Virus record (IMG/VR): IMGVR_UViG_2693429820_000003
Reading direction: 5' to 3' (one strand)
DNA from: a virus
Lineage: Duplodnaviria; Caudoviricetes
DNA: 64,000 nt
The notes beneath the pieces are model-generated. The model was not told where the DNA came from, did no database searches, and saw only the letters and a program-made list of their open reading frames with translations. A program made the position numbers and the translations under genes. Positions 34,407-44,510 of this stretch are shown here, piece by piece (the stretch's first letter is position 1; every line of letters begins with the position of its first letter).

Positions 34407-37400
34407 GAGGTAACAAATCCCTCGGTGGCGGTTCTGATACTCAGACCAACACCCCCGATACCCTTAAGAGCGACGATAGCGTCGAAATCGTTCTTGCACT
34501 CTCTGAGGGTCCCTGCGTCGGTTTCGCAAACGGTGCGCGCTCCTTCTTCGTCGGCGGTACCCCCCTTGTAGACACCGACAATAAGCCGAACATCGGCAAC
34601 TTCGACCTTCGTCTCTATACCGGTGATAGCCCCGCAACGCCCATCGTCCCAAAACTCGGCGGCTTTGGCGCTTCCACGAACGTCGGTGTCGAACTCGAGA
34701 CACACATTCCGGTCACGCGTTCAGGCACATATTCGAACATTGACTTCCTTGAACTCCGTATCGTCTACAACCGGCTGCTGGCTACCAACAAGAACGGCAC
34801 GTTCGCCGCATCCGGCGCGTTCATTGTCGAAATCAAGCCGCACTCCTCGTCGGTCTGGCAGTCAGCTTACACCACGACCTCGCCGCCGCCTTATCAGCAG
34901 CTCGGAACCGACGTGTTCCAATGGATGGCGTATGCGGCCAACAACCAGAAGAACAACAGCGTCAATCCGGCGTTCCGTAAAATCTACCTCCAATCCGTTA
35001 TGCCTGGTGTCCCGGAAATCCCACAGGCAGTCTGGCTCAACAGTTCGGAGAACTACCGCCCCTACGGTTGGAACCTCGTCACCTGGGCAGCCTACGGCGG
35101 CGCCACCCACAATGTCACACCGGGCTACAGCTATTGGGAATGGAACGACGGCGGTATTGTGCGCCGTGTCTATCACGGCTTCGTGGACGGAGCCGCTCCA
35201 GCCCCCCTGACACAGTATGATTTCTGGGTGGCTCCGACAGGCACCATGGGTCGCTCGACCGAAGTGGCCTACACTTGGAACGGTTCCGCCTGGGTTGATT
35301 ATATGGATTGGGCTCAGCCCCCGATCACCACACCCGGTATCGTCGAAATCTACGGGAAGACGTCCGTTCCTTATGTGAAGGAGCTGCGGTTCGCAGTCCC
35401 TCGCATCAGTGAGCCGTTCGACGTCCGTGTCACCAAGCTGTCGCTGCCGAATACCACTGAATATTTCTGCGACATTCTGTTTGAAAGCTTCCAGGAGCTG
35501 ACGGCCAATCCGGTGGTCTACGACGACCTGATGCTGGCGCATCTAACCATCAAGGCCTCGAACCAGTTTTCCAGCGTCCCCGAGTTCCTCTCGGAATGTA
35601 AGGGGCGCATCATCCGCGTCCCGAACAACTACAACCCGGACGCGCGCACCTATACCGGGATCTGGGATGGGACCTTCAAGTTCGCCTACTCGAACAATCT
35701 GGCTTGGTGCGCTTACGACCTGGTGACCAATGCCCGATATGGCGTCGCCTCCTATCGTCAGGTGATAGCCGACAAGTTCGCTTTCTATGCCTTCGGTCAG
35801 CACTGCGACGCCCATGGCTTCACCTACAACGACTGGATTACCGAACCTCGCAACCTCAATGAGATGATCGATTACGTCTGCGGTATCGGAGGCGGAAAGT
35901 ATATCGATCGTGGCGACGGCTACGCGACCGTCATCTTCGACTACAAAGATCAACCAGCTGAGCATCTGTTCACGCCTGAGAACGTCGGTGAAGGGATTTT
36001 TACCTACGCCTTCACGGACATCACGTCGCGTAAGAACGACATCACCGTTTCGTTTAAGAACGAGCTGTACGGCTGGATCGAGGACCGTCGCCGTATCTAC
36101 GACCAGACGCACATCGACACTTACGGACGCAATCCGGAGGAGTTCGTCGCAGTCGGCTGTACCGACGAAACGGAAGCGGTCAAGCGAGCCCGTCTCCGAC
36201 TGGCAACCTCGCTGACGGAAAAGACAATCGTCACTTTCAAGACGAACCGTCAGGGGCTTTACGTCAACCTCTATGGCATCATTCTAGTAGCCGATCCAGA
36301 TTCCGGCTTCGGTCTGTCAGGCCGTATCAACTCCGTCGTGAATAGCACTACTCTGGCGCTGCGCGACCCGTTGTATTTCGAAGCTGGCTTTACCTACAAG
36401 GTGAAGTTCTCGGTCCCGGACGGCGGCAAGTTCCGGATCATTGAACACAACCTCATCACCAGCACTGGCTCGACCAAGCAGCTGAAGCTCGCAACCCCGC
36501 TGGCTTACACCCTGCCGGAATACTGTACCTTCTCAATCGAGTCTTCGTCGGGTATCGGCGCACCGAAGGCATGGCGGGTTACCGACATTGAGGAGGTGGA
36601 CGGCGATCCCGACAACGTGTCGATCTCAGCCCTCGAGGTCAACCGCAACAAGTGGGATTACGTCGACGGGATTTACGACCCTATCGAGCCGATTGGAACG
36701 GGCAACGTCAACACGCAGCTCCTGCCTCCGACTGACGTCCGGATCACGCCGCGTACGACGGACGGCAAACATTACATCGACATCACGTGGACGCCGTCAG
36801 GCAGTCCGCTGACCCGCCAGACGCGGCTTTATCAGCAGATCAACGGTGGTGACTTAGACCTTCTGACTGAGACCCGTCAGAACCAGTACACGATCGTTGC
36901 GCCCGTGCCGGCCAAATATCAGTTCGCACTCGTCACCGTGGGTCTTGACGGCAACGAGAGCCCGCCGGTCAGGTTCGAGCACATCGTTGCTGGTGATGAG
37001 AGCGTCCGACTGGTTACTGCCCCGACGAACTTGCGCATCCAGAACTCCCTGTCCGCCGGTGTGTTCACGGGCCGCGATCCGGTCTTCCTTTGGGACGCCT
37101 CGGTTAATGACCCCTACGTCGTTCGCTACCGCATTCAGGTTCAAGACCCTGCCGACTCTTCGGTCAAGCGTCAGGAGTTCGTCACCGATACGACCTGGAC
37201 CTATTCCTATGGTTTGAACGAAATCGACTGGGGAACACCTAAGCGCAACTTCAATGTCGAGGTCCGTGCGGTCGACGCAGCTGGGTTCGTTTCGCCGCGC
37301 AACCTCCTCCTGTGCTCCAACCCCCTCCCGGTGGCTCCGCTTGCGGCTGACGTCTCGGTCACCCAAGGGATGTTCATGGCCTACGTGTCGGCGCAGCGTC

Positions 37401-39886
37401 CTGCGTCTTCCGACATCGCTGGTATGGCCGTCTATGCCTCAACCACCAATGGCTTTACACCCAGTCCGACAACCCTGATCTATAAAGGTCCAGATATCAC
37501 GGTCCGCAGGGAAATCGCAGAAGGCCAGACGCTCTACTTCCGTGTCGCCTTCTACGACACGTTCGATGGGACGCTGTCACCTTTCTCGGACCAGAAGTCG
37601 GTCGTCGGTTCGGGGCTGGTTCCGAACTCGGTCAGTTATACCAAACTCTCGACGGATCTTCAGACTGAGATCAGCACCATCGCTCCGACTGCGGTTCGCG
37701 TCGCGGCTCTGGAAGAGGAGACCTACGGCACCTGGAACGTTAGAATCCAGACCCAGGTGACGACGAACGCTGGACCGAAGAACATCATCTCCGGGTTCGG
37801 TCTCGCGCAAGCTACCCACGACGGTGTTGTTGAGTCGGATTTCATTGTCCAAGCTGATCGCTTCTCGATCATCCCGAGTTATAACAGCACAAATCCCGTC
37901 AAGCTGTCTCCCGTCTTCGTCGCCTCGACCGTTGCAGGCAACATGTCGGTGGGCATCAATGGCGACCTGTTCCTCGACGGCAGCATCTCGGCCAATGCGC
38001 TGAAGATCAACAGCCAGATGGCGAACCTCGTCGTAAACGGCGACTTCGAGGCGGATCTGCTCAATTGGTCGGCCCAGTTCCCGGCCCGAACCACGATCTC
38101 AGTGGACAGCGCAAGCGGCTCGAAAGCGGTCCGTCTCGACCGCACTGCAGCGACGACCGGCATCAACGGTATGCGCATCGATTACACCCAGCTGATCCCG
38201 GTCGCAGCGGGCGTGCCCCTTGAAGTGTCGGCTATGGTCAAGGGCGACACTGCGAGCATTGGTGGCTGTTATCTCGCGGTTCTTTGGTACGACGGAAGCC
38301 TCACGCTTCTGAACGAGAGCCAGCCGGTCAGCAATCAGCCGTTCACTACGACCTATGCGTTGAAGTCCGGTCAGACTACCCCTCCGGCGAGTGCAAAATT
38401 TGCTAAGGTCCGCGTCTATCATTGGGAACAATCCACCACCCGATACATGTACGCCGACAATGTCGCGCTTAGGGGCACGGCTCAGGGCACTTCGATCCAA
38501 GGCGGCGCGATCTCGGCGTACCATCTGAGCGTCACGTCTCTCTCCTCGATCACTGGCAACGTCGGCATCCTGACAGCAGGTATCATCCAGGGCGCTGATC
38601 CGAATGCGCTCTACATGGACCTGAACGCCAGCTATCTGCGGGCGCGGAACGGCGACTTCCAAGGTACGCTGCGCGCGACCAAGATGGTGGCAGGTAGCCG
38701 CTTGGAACTCGGCGCCGGTGCCAACATCGAGAGTGGCGTTCTTCCGTTTGACACGGGCACCTATCGCCGTGGTGGAGAGTTTTATTTCAGCTCAGGGTCA
38801 AGCCTCAATCCAAACTTCACGCTCAAACGGGATCGGCTTGTCTCGGATGCGCTTGGCGAACGGATGCACACGCCGATTATGCCTTGGAATCATGCCCTGC
38901 AGTATCCGGCAGTGCTCGACGGCGGCGCTGGTATTCCGTCACTTTTCATTATGCCAGACGGTGGCTTTGCTCAGACCGGAGGCATTAGCGCCTGGCCGAG
39001 CGGCGCCGGTAACATGGGTGAGGTTCACCAGATTTATTGGGACCCAGGCCTTCGTTGGAATCGTCAGGGCAACTTCTGGGCCCTCGGTCGTCCATTCTAT
39101 ATCCAAGTTCCGGCGGGGGTCACCGCCATGGAAGCGTGGCTCTGGGGCGGCGGCGGCGGCACATGCTGGTCCGGAAATGACGCCGGTGCTGGTGGGCACG
39201 TCAGGGGGTATTTCTCTGTCACCGAAGGCCAGCGCTTCCACCTAACTGTTGGGTTCGGAGGATCAGCAGGGGACTGTCGGGAATCCGACTTCACTCCCTC
39301 GCCGCTGCGTTTCGATGTTCTCAAAACTCTCGAAGGTTGGGCCGAGGCTGGTCGAGGCGAGCCTGGAAATCTCTACCACGCCACAGGTGGTGGACGAACC
39401 TGCCTGGGTCGCATCATCGACGACGCTGGTAACTTTGAAGAGATCCTGGTCGCCGGCGGCGGCGGCGCTGGTCACGCGGGCCAGAACGGCACGCCCGGCG
39501 GCCCGTATTCCCCCGGTTGGACTGGAGGCATGCCAAATTCCGTTGGTCAGAACACTTTTGGCCAAGGCGCAGGCGCTGGCGGCGGCGGCGGTGGTAGCTC
39601 AGTTTATGGCGGCGGTGGCACCAACGGTAAGGGTGGTTCGAACTACGTCCACCCAAGCTGCTGGAACACGAGCAGCCAATCTGGCTCCGGCCCGAACCCA
39701 CCCGAGACGGCGTCTGGCTACTACAACCACCACTGCAACGGTCGGATGGGTTTCGACAACGTCAACCGTAAGAAACAGCCTGGTTATGGCTTCGCAGGTG
39801 GTCGGCGCCCGAATGGTCCGACTGTTCTAGGTGAAGACGCTCTCAATGCCGGCGCTCCCGGCTTCGCGTGGATTGGCTTCTGGTAA
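34388..39886 (+). CDS. Central tail fibre/host specificity protein, lambda gpJ-like
   Basis: LSEGP, RVPNNYNPDARTYTGIWDGTFK.AYSNN.AW, FN3 repeats, FIVQADRF, NLVVNGDFE carbohydrate-binding-like module, Gly-rich C-terminus. Confidence 0.93.
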   Translation: MGTIALRGNKSLGGGSDTQTNTPDTLKSDDSVEIVLALSEGPCVGFANGARSFFVGGTPLVDTDNKPNIGNFDLRLYTGDSPATPIVPKLGGFGASTNVGVELETHIPVTRSGTYSNIDFLELRIVYNRLLATNKNGTFAASGAFIVEIKPHSSSVWQSAYTTTSPPPYQQLGTDVFQWMAYAANNQKNNSVNPAFRKIYLQSVMPGVPEIPQAVWLNSSENYRPYGWNLVTWAAYGGATHNVTPGYSYWEWNDGGIVRRVYHGFVDGAAPAPLTQYDFWVAPTGTMGRSTEVAYTWNGSAWVDYMDWAQPPITTPGIVEIYGKTSVPYVKELRFAVPRISEPFDVRVTKLSLPNTTEYFCDILFESFQELTANPVVYDDLMLAHLTIKASNQFSSVPEFLSECKGRIIRVPNNYNPDARTYTGIWDGTFKFAYSNNLAWCAYDLVTNARYGVASYRQVIADKFAFYAFGQHCDAHGFTYNDWITEPRNLNEMIDYVCGIGGGKYIDRGDGYATVIFDYKDQPAEHLFTPENVGEGIFTYAFTDITSRKNDITVSFKNELYGWIEDRRRIYDQTHIDTYGRNPEEFVAVGCTDETEAVKRARLRLATSLTEKTIVTFKTNRQGLYVNLYGIILVADPDSGFGLSGRINSVVNSTTLALRDPLYFEAGFTYKVKFSVPDGGKFRIIEHNLITSTGSTKQLKLATPLAYTLPEYCTFSIESSSGIGAPKAWRVTDIEEVDGDPDNVSISALEVNRNKWDYVDGIYDPIEPIGTGNVNTQLLPPTDVRITPRTTDGKHYIDITWTPSGSPLTRQTRLYQQINGGDLDLLTETRQNQYTIVAPVPAKYQFALVTVGLDGNESPPVRFEHIVAGDESVRLVTAPTNLRIQNSLSAGVFTGRDPVFLWDASVNDPYVVRYRIQVQDPADSSVKRQEFVTDTTWTYSYGLNEIDWGTPKRNFNVEVRAVDAAGFVSPRNLLLCSNPLPVAPLAADVSVTQGMFMAYVSAQRPASSDIAGMAVYASTTNGFTPSPTTLIYKGPDITVRREIAEGQTLYFRVAFYDTFDGTLSPFSDQKSVVGSGLVPNSVSYTKLSTDLQTEISTIAPTAVRVAALEEETYGTWNVRIQTQVTTNAGPKNIISGFGLAQATHDGVVESDFIVQADRFSIIPSYNSTNPVKLSPVFVASTVAGNMSVGINGDLFLDGSISANALKINSQMANLVVNGDFEADLLNWSAQFPARTTISVDSASGSKAVRLDRTAATTGINGMRIDYTQLIPVAAGVPLEVSAMVKGDTASIGGCYLAVLWYDGSLTLLNESQPVSNQPFTTTYALKSGQTTPPASAKFAKVRVYHWEQSTTRYMYADNVALRGTAQGTSIQGGAISAYHLSVTSLSSITGNVGILTAGIIQGADPNALYMDLNASYLRARNGDFQGTLRATKMVAGSRLELGAGANIESGVLPFDTGTYRRGGEFYFSSGSSLNPNFTLKRDRLVSDALGERMHTPIMPWNHALQYPAVLDGGAGIPSLFIMPDGGFAQTGGISAWPSGAGNMGEVHQIYWDPGLRWNRQGNFWALGRPFYIQVPAGVTAMEAWLWGGGGGTCWSGNDAGAGGHVRGYFSVTEGQRFHLTVGFGGSAGDCRESDFTPSPLRFDVLKTLEGWAEAGRGEPGNLYHATGGGRTCLGRIIDDAGNFEEILVAGGGGAGHAGQNGTPGGPYSPGWTGGMPNSVGQNTFGQGAGAGGGGGGSSVYGGGGTNGKGGSNYVHPSCWNTSSQSGSGPNPPETASGYYNHHCNGRMGFDNVNRKKQPGYGFAGGRRPNGPTVLGEDALNAGAPGFAWIGFW

Positions 39887-39903
39887 ACTGAAAGGACCCC
39901 CTC

Positions 39904-40107
39904 ATGGATAAGCCCACTTTCGAAGCTCCTGCTATTATCCCAACTGGTACGACTGACCTGTGTGTCTCATGGTCTCTCGGTAGCGAGAAGGGTAGCTTCC
40001 TCATTCCAGCTGACGTTGACTTTCTGGGTATGTCCGACGCTGCCAAAGTTGAGTACTGGTTCAAAGCTACAGGGCGTAAAGCGACTACTAAAACCCTAAA
40101 GGACTAG
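39904..40107 (+). CDS. Small hypothetical protein
   Basis: AAGGA RBS; follows gpJ. Confidence 0.6.
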   Translation: MDKPTFEAPAIIPTGTTDLCVSWSLGSEKGSFLIPADVDFLGMSDAAKVEYWFKATGRKATTKTLKD

Positions 40108-40124
40108 TCGCCAACTACTGAGCC

Positions 40125-40310
40125 ATGGCACGCAAGGTCGGCATCATGGCGTACGGGACGCCGGAGGACCGCCTCCGGCTTGAGTCCCTGGCCCGTATCA
40201 AAGGGCAATCCAGCAGCGAATGGCTGATCGAACAAATCCGTGCAGCTTATAAGGAGCTGTACGGAGACGTGCCTCCCGTTCCCAGACCTGAACCGGAGAC
40301 ACGCTCTTGA
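40125..40310 (+). CDS. Small ribbon-helix-helix-like DNA-binding protein
   Basis: KVGIMAYGTPEDRLRLESLARIKGQSSSEWLIEQI strand-helix-G-x-S-helix pattern. Confidence 0.6.
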   Translation: MARKVGIMAYGTPEDRLRLESLARIKGQSSSEWLIEQIRAAYKELYGDVPPVPRPEPETRS

Positions 40311-41434
40311 CGATGAGTTTTCAGGGCGCAGCCCTTCCCCTTTCCAATGACACGGTCGAGAAGACCGCCAAGGCTCTCGGTATCGAGGTCGCAGCGCTTC
40401 GTGCCTTCATGGAAGTCGAGGCGCCAAAGGGGCCGTTCGACGCCAAAGGGCGTCCGACGATGCTCTTCGAACCTCATAAGTTCTACAAGCATCTGCCCAC
40501 TTCAGATAAGCGTGCGCGAGCTGTAGCAGAGGGTCTCGCTTATCCGAGACAGGGTACCAAGCCATACCCTTCAGAGAGTTACACGCGCCTCCTGCAGGCG
40601 ATTGAAATCGATCTCGAAGCTGCTCTTCAGTCCTGCTCCTGGGGATCGACCCAGATTATGGGCGAGAACTACGAAGAGCTGGGTTACGTGTCCGCGAAGG
40701 CCATGGTCATCGCGGCGATGGATAGTGCAGATCTCCAGCTGGTCCAGACCGCGAAGCTCATGCGAGCAAAACCCGGTCTCGTCAATGCCATCAAAAAGCA
40801 TGACTGGGCCACATGCGCCCGCCTATGGAATGGAGCGGGTTATGCCAAGAACAAATACGACGTCAAACTCGCCAAGGCTTATCAGAAGTGGCTCAAGAAG
40901 GCTCCCGCCCGCCCGGTTGCTGTAGTCACCGACCTGTCGAAGGAGGAGATCGAGGCCGTCCAGGCCCAGCTTAAGAAGCGCGGATACCACCTGGTCGGCA
41001 AGGTCGATGGCAAGTGGGGCTCCAACACCATTGGGGCTATCTCTGCTTTTCAGACCGAGAACGGTCTTCCGCTCACCTGTAAGCTCGACCCCGCCACGCG
41101 TGAGGAGCTGTTTGGCTCGAACGCTCCGCGCCCGATTGGTGAAGCTCGATCCAAAGCGGGGTTCGCTGACGTTCAGGGCCTTGGCATTGCCAAGATCGCG
41201 GGCGGCATCGGTCTCGGCGGCAGTGGTCTCTCGGCCGCAAGCGAGTATCTGGATAAGGCCAACGAAGTGAAGGACAAGGTCGTCTCGGCTTGGGACATCC
41301 TCGAGCCGATCCGTGGCATCGTCGCGGCTCATCCGCTCCTGCTCGTCACCGTCGCAGGGCTCGCCGTGGCGTCCGTCGCCGGTGTCTTCATCTACGCGCA
41401 GATCCGCAACTATCGCTCGGGGGCGCTCGCGTGA
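40307..41434 (+). CDS. Endolysin: N-acetylmuramidase (DUF3380-like) + peptidoglycan-binding domain + C-terminal membrane segment
   Basis: EVE, LFEPHKF, SWGSTQIMGENY, WNGAGYAKNKYD; VDGKWGSNT..AISAFQ..NGL; hydrophobic C-terminus. Confidence 0.9.
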   Translation: MTMSFQGAALPLSNDTVEKTAKALGIEVAALRAFMEVEAPKGPFDAKGRPTMLFEPHKFYKHLPTSDKRARAVAEGLAYPRQGTKPYPSESYTRLLQAIEIDLEAALQSCSWGSTQIMGENYEELGYVSAKAMVIAAMDSADLQLVQTAKLMRAKPGLVNAIKKHDWATCARLWNGAGYAKNKYDVKLAKAYQKWLKKAPARPVAVVTDLSKEEIEAVQAQLKKRGYHLVGKVDGKWGSNTIGAISAFQTENGLPLTCKLDPATREELFGSNAPRPIGEARSKAGFADVQGLGIAKIAGGIGLGGSGLSAASEYLDKANEVKDKVVSAWDILEPIRGIVAAHPLLLVTVAGLAVASVAGVFIYAQIRNYRSGALA

Positions 41435-41778
41435 TCATCCCGACATGGGCGAAGATTGCTGGTGCTTTCCTCGTCGTCGGCGGAATCTATTCCGCCGGCT
41501 GGCTGGGCGCGACGGAGCACTATGAAGTGCAGAGCCTGCGAAACAAGAACGCGGCCCTCACCAAACAGCTCAAGGACACCAACGAGATCAACGAGGCCGC
41601 CAGCAAAGAGCGCGAGAAGGCTCAGGCTGCGATGCGCCAACTTCAGGGGAAGATCGATGCGTTTAAAGCCACGCCTGGCCGCAACGACGCTATGTCTGCT
41701 GATACTGCTCGGCGGCTGCGCAACATCGCCAAAGATGCAAGTCGCGGCTACACCAAAGGAAGACGCGGAGCTTCGTAG
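41431..41778 (+). CDS. Inner-membrane spanin (Rz-like)
   Basis: GTG start, N-terminal TM helix then coiled coil, after the endolysin. Confidence 0.75.
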   Translation: MIIPTWAKIAGAFLVVGGIYSAGWLGATEHYEVQSLRNKNAALTKQLKDTNEINEAASKEREKAQAAMRQLQGKIDAFKATPGRNDAMSADTARRLRNIAKDASRGYTKGRRGAS

Positions 41779-41926
41779 GCCAGTTCAAGCCCCGGTCCCG
41801 AAGAAAGGCAAGTCAGCGAGCAACTACGCCGCTGATACTCTCGGCGCTTTGGGAGAAGCCAACGCAAAGATTCAGCAGTGGACGAAATTCTACGATGACG
41901 TGCGTGAGAGGAACGACGACAAATGA
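41657..41926 (+). CDS. Outer-membrane lipoprotein spanin (Rz1-like), overlapping Rz
   Basis: MRLKPRLAATTLCLLILLGG-C lipobox in the +1 frame, Pro-rich segment. Confidence 0.75.
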   Translation: MRLKPRLAATTLCLLILLGGCATSPKMQVAATPKEDAELRRPVQAPVPKKGKSASNYAADTLGALGEANAKIQQWTKFYDDVRERNDDK

Positions 41927-42267
41927 CGCTCCTCGACCGCGTAGTTTACGGTATCAGCTCTCACTTTATGGAGCGTAGGGCGGAATGGGCTATGTCGGCT
42001 GCCCTGCTCTCCACCGACTTTATAGCGCTCGGCATCCTGCGTCTGCTCGCGCTGGTGATCAACGGCACCTTCGCTGACACCTGGTATGGTCGCTGGACGC
42101 ACCACGTTCGAGGCTTCCTGGCTCTTTACAGCCTTTATGTTTGGACGACGATCGACTCGAGGCTCCTCCTTCCGATCATCATCATAGAGTTCTCCAACCT
42201 GGCGCTGGCTTTTGGCGATTCAGGCGCCGCCGATCGGAGGTTCAAAAATGCAGCTGCCGAACATTGA
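41923..42267 (+). CDS. Multi-pass membrane protein, possible holin/antiholin
   Basis: Several hydrophobic segments; lysis cassette context. Confidence 0.5.
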   Translation: MTLLDRVVYGISSHFMERRAEWAMSAALLSTDFIALGILRLLALVINGTFADTWYGRWTHHVRGFLALYSLYVWTTIDSRLLLPIIIIEFSNLALAFGDSGAADRRFKNAAAEH

Positions 42268-42559
42268 CCCGGCCGCTGTAGAGAAACTTGCCCCTGGCTC
42301 GTCGATCTTCTTCTCAGCAGGTGTAGTCATCGCCGGCATCGTGCTGGGTTTCGTGGCCTATTTCCAGAAGATGTTCGGCTCTCGCGCCGAATCCAACACC
42401 GACAGGCTCGAGAAGGGCATTGATCGCCTTTGTGATCTTCTGGAAAAGAAGATCGAAGTGGACGAGGAGACGGCAGCTACGCTGCGGGCGATGTTGGGGC
42501 AGATGAAGGACGAGGCCGCATATCAGCACGGACTAGCTGCGGGGAAACGGCTTACCTGA
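42248..42559 (+). CDS. Single-pass membrane protein, possible holin
   Basis: GGAGG RBS; IFFSAGVVIAGIVLGFVAYF followed by charged coiled coil. Confidence 0.55.
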   Translation: MQLPNIDPAAVEKLAPGSSIFFSAGVVIAGIVLGFVAYFQKMFGSRAESNTDRLEKGIDRLCDLLEKKIEVDEETAATLRAMLGQMKDEAAYQHGLAAGKRLT

Positions 42560-43253
42560 ATTCGAGGTAGGGCCGACAACTCTGCATTATTCTTGGAAGG
42601 TCTGCCTGAATTTCCTTAACGAGGGCAGCTAGCGCCTCACGCCTGGCAACGAGCTTTTGGTCGGTATTTAGTATTTGGGCATCAATATTTGCTTTCTTCT
42701 CGTCCCGCTCGGCCCTTGAAGCGGCGGTTTCAATTCCCCCTCCTATTTTAAAGTTTTGCTCTAACTCTAAGGCCGTCAATCTCATCCTGTAGCTATTTAA
42801 ATCCTTCTCGTAGCTCATAATCATCTGACCATCGCTAACCACTTTTGATGCTCTCTCCGCGTTAATTTCCCATAGCTCCTTCAGATGTGGGAACAGAAAC
42901 GAACCCATCGTCACTCCATCCGAGAACGGTTTAAATTTATCGGTCCAATTGGGATCGTCTTTGATTAGACTTTCAATCTGATAGAGGAAATCAACAACTG
43001 TATGATAGACATTGAAGCGGTCTTCGAACAGGTCGTGTCGAAACTTCTCGGTATTAATTTCGACCTGCCGTTGGGCTATATCTCGCTGAGCCTTCGAGAA
43101 AGTGTACGTTATTTTCGCCGCCACTGACGCAGCGGTGACTGTGGCCACAGGACCCGCGAAGTCTTTGAAAAGATCGCGCCACCCAACGCTCCAAATTACA
43201 TGCCCAAAGTCAGCAGCGGCCTGCGCAAATGGTCCTACCGTCCCCAACCCCAT
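42552..43253 (-). CDS. Hypothetical membrane-anchored coiled-coil protein (moron-like)
   Basis: Lower GC; hydrophobic segment then QRDIAQRQ...KFRHDLFEDRF.VY. Confidence 0.7.
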   Translation of the reverse strand: MGLGTVGPFAQAAADFGHVIWSVGWRDLFKDFAGPVATVTAASVAAKITYTFSKAQRDIAQRQVEINTEKFRHDLFEDRFNVYHTVVDFLYQIESLIKDDPNWTDKFKPFSDGVTMGSFLFPHLKELWEINAERASKVVSDGQMIMSYEKDLNSYRMRLTALELEQNFKIGGGIETAASRAERDEKKANIDAQILNTDQKLVARREALAALVKEIQADLPRIMQSCRPYLEFR

Positions 43254-43262
43254 CGTCAGCCC

Positions 43263-44174
43263 CTAAAATTCCCGCCGAACTTTCCTCGCCGGCTTATCGT
43301 CTCGCAACCCCACGAAACTTGAATGTCTCAACACGCCGCCCTTCTCCCAGCTCATGAAGGTCACTTCAGCAACGAGCTTCGGCTCGACGCGACGTATACC
43401 TTTCTTGCCCCTGCTGGGAAACAGTGGCGTCTCCTCGATTTCCAATGGCTTCAGCTTCTTCAGGATCGCAACCAGGTCCTTGTCCGTGAAGCCTGTCCCC
43501 ACCCGGCCGGCATCCTTCAGCTCTTTACCGTCGTAATAGCCAAGCAGCAGAGCGCCAAACCCAGGACGCGAACCTTCTGGCTCAGTCCACCCGGTGATGA
43601 CGAACTCCTGGCGCTTAAGGCACTTCGCCTTGACCCATACCCCACGGTTGCCCGGCATGTATTGAGCATCGATACGCTTCGAGACCATACCTTCGAGGTG
43701 CATGCCACAGACTGCCTGGAAGAAGAACCCAGCTCGTTCTGTAGAATGATCGTGGTACTGGAAGCCACTCTTCCTCGGCACCAGCGGTTTGAGCAGCGCT
43801 TTCCGTTCACCGAGGGAGAACTTCATCAGATCTCGGCTGTCGAGATGCAACAAGTCGAAGGCATAGAACATAAGCGGTAGCTTCTTCTCGTGCGCCTGTT
43901 GCGTCAGAGCGAAGCTCGGGAGCCCGTCCTTGTTCAGGGCAGCCATCTCACCGTCGATGTATGCTGACTTAACCTTGAGCCTCGATGCTGCTTTCGCAAG
44001 GGACGGATACCGGTCTGTCCAGTCGAGGCCACTGCGGGTTAGAAGGCGAACCCGCCCGTCTTCGATCAGAACGGCGATACGATAGCCATCAATCTTGATC
44101 TCGTGGACCCAACCCTCACCTTCGGGAGGGTGTTCAACAAGCTTCACCAGCTGTGGTTCGACCCATTTGATCAT
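43263..44174 (-). CDS. ATP-dependent DNA ligase, LigD-type stand-alone ligase domain
   Basis: WVHEIKIDGYR, LTRSGLDWT, IDGE, YAFDLL, LEGMVSK, WVKAK, GRVGTGF, LRHSSFVGLRDDK. Confidence 0.92.
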   Translation of the reverse strand: MIKWVEPQLVKLVEHPPEGEGWVHEIKIDGYRIAVLIEDGRVRLLTRSGLDWTDRYPSLAKAASRLKVKSAYIDGEMAALNKDGLPSFALTQQAHEKKLPLMFYAFDLLHLDSRDLMKFSLGERKALLKPLVPRKSGFQYHDHSTERAGFFFQAVCGMHLEGMVSKRIDAQYMPGNRGVWVKAKCLKRQEFVITGWTEPEGSRPGFGALLLGYYDGKELKDAGRVGTGFTDKDLVAILKKLKPLEIEETPLFPSRGKKGIRRVEPKLVAEVTFMSWEKGGVLRHSSFVGLRDDKPARKVRREF

Positions 44175-44443
44175 TCGAAAAGGTCCGGTTTTCCCCTTAT
44201 CCGTAGGGTACGCCCCCGATTGTCTTTCGAGAAACGGGAATGGTCCTCGACCAAATCGATCGTGTCTGGCCGCTTCTTGCACTCAACATCGGAGCAGATC
44301 AGGCGCTCGACAACACCAGAGATCCGCGTGTTCCACCCGTACCGAGCGGCGAACGCACGAAGTGGGAGAGAAGCCGACCGGCCGCACTCGCAGTGGACCC
44401 ATATCCAATAGGCGCTCAGATCAATCAACGTCTGCTCGCTCAC
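44171..44443 (-). CDS. Small zinc-finger protein
   Basis: CECGR...ICSDVEC; GGAG RBS, GTG start; ATGA overlap with the ligase. Confidence 0.65.
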   Translation of the reverse strand: MSEQTLIDLSAYWIWVHCECGRSASLPLRAFAARYGWNTRISGVVERLICSDVECKKRPDTIDLVEDHSRFSKDNRGRTLRIRGKPDLFE

Positions 44444-44510
44444 CCGCTCCGGAAACTCGACCTCTCGATGGTCCCGGTACGGTGGCAGAGGAAACGGATA
44501 ACGCTGTTCC

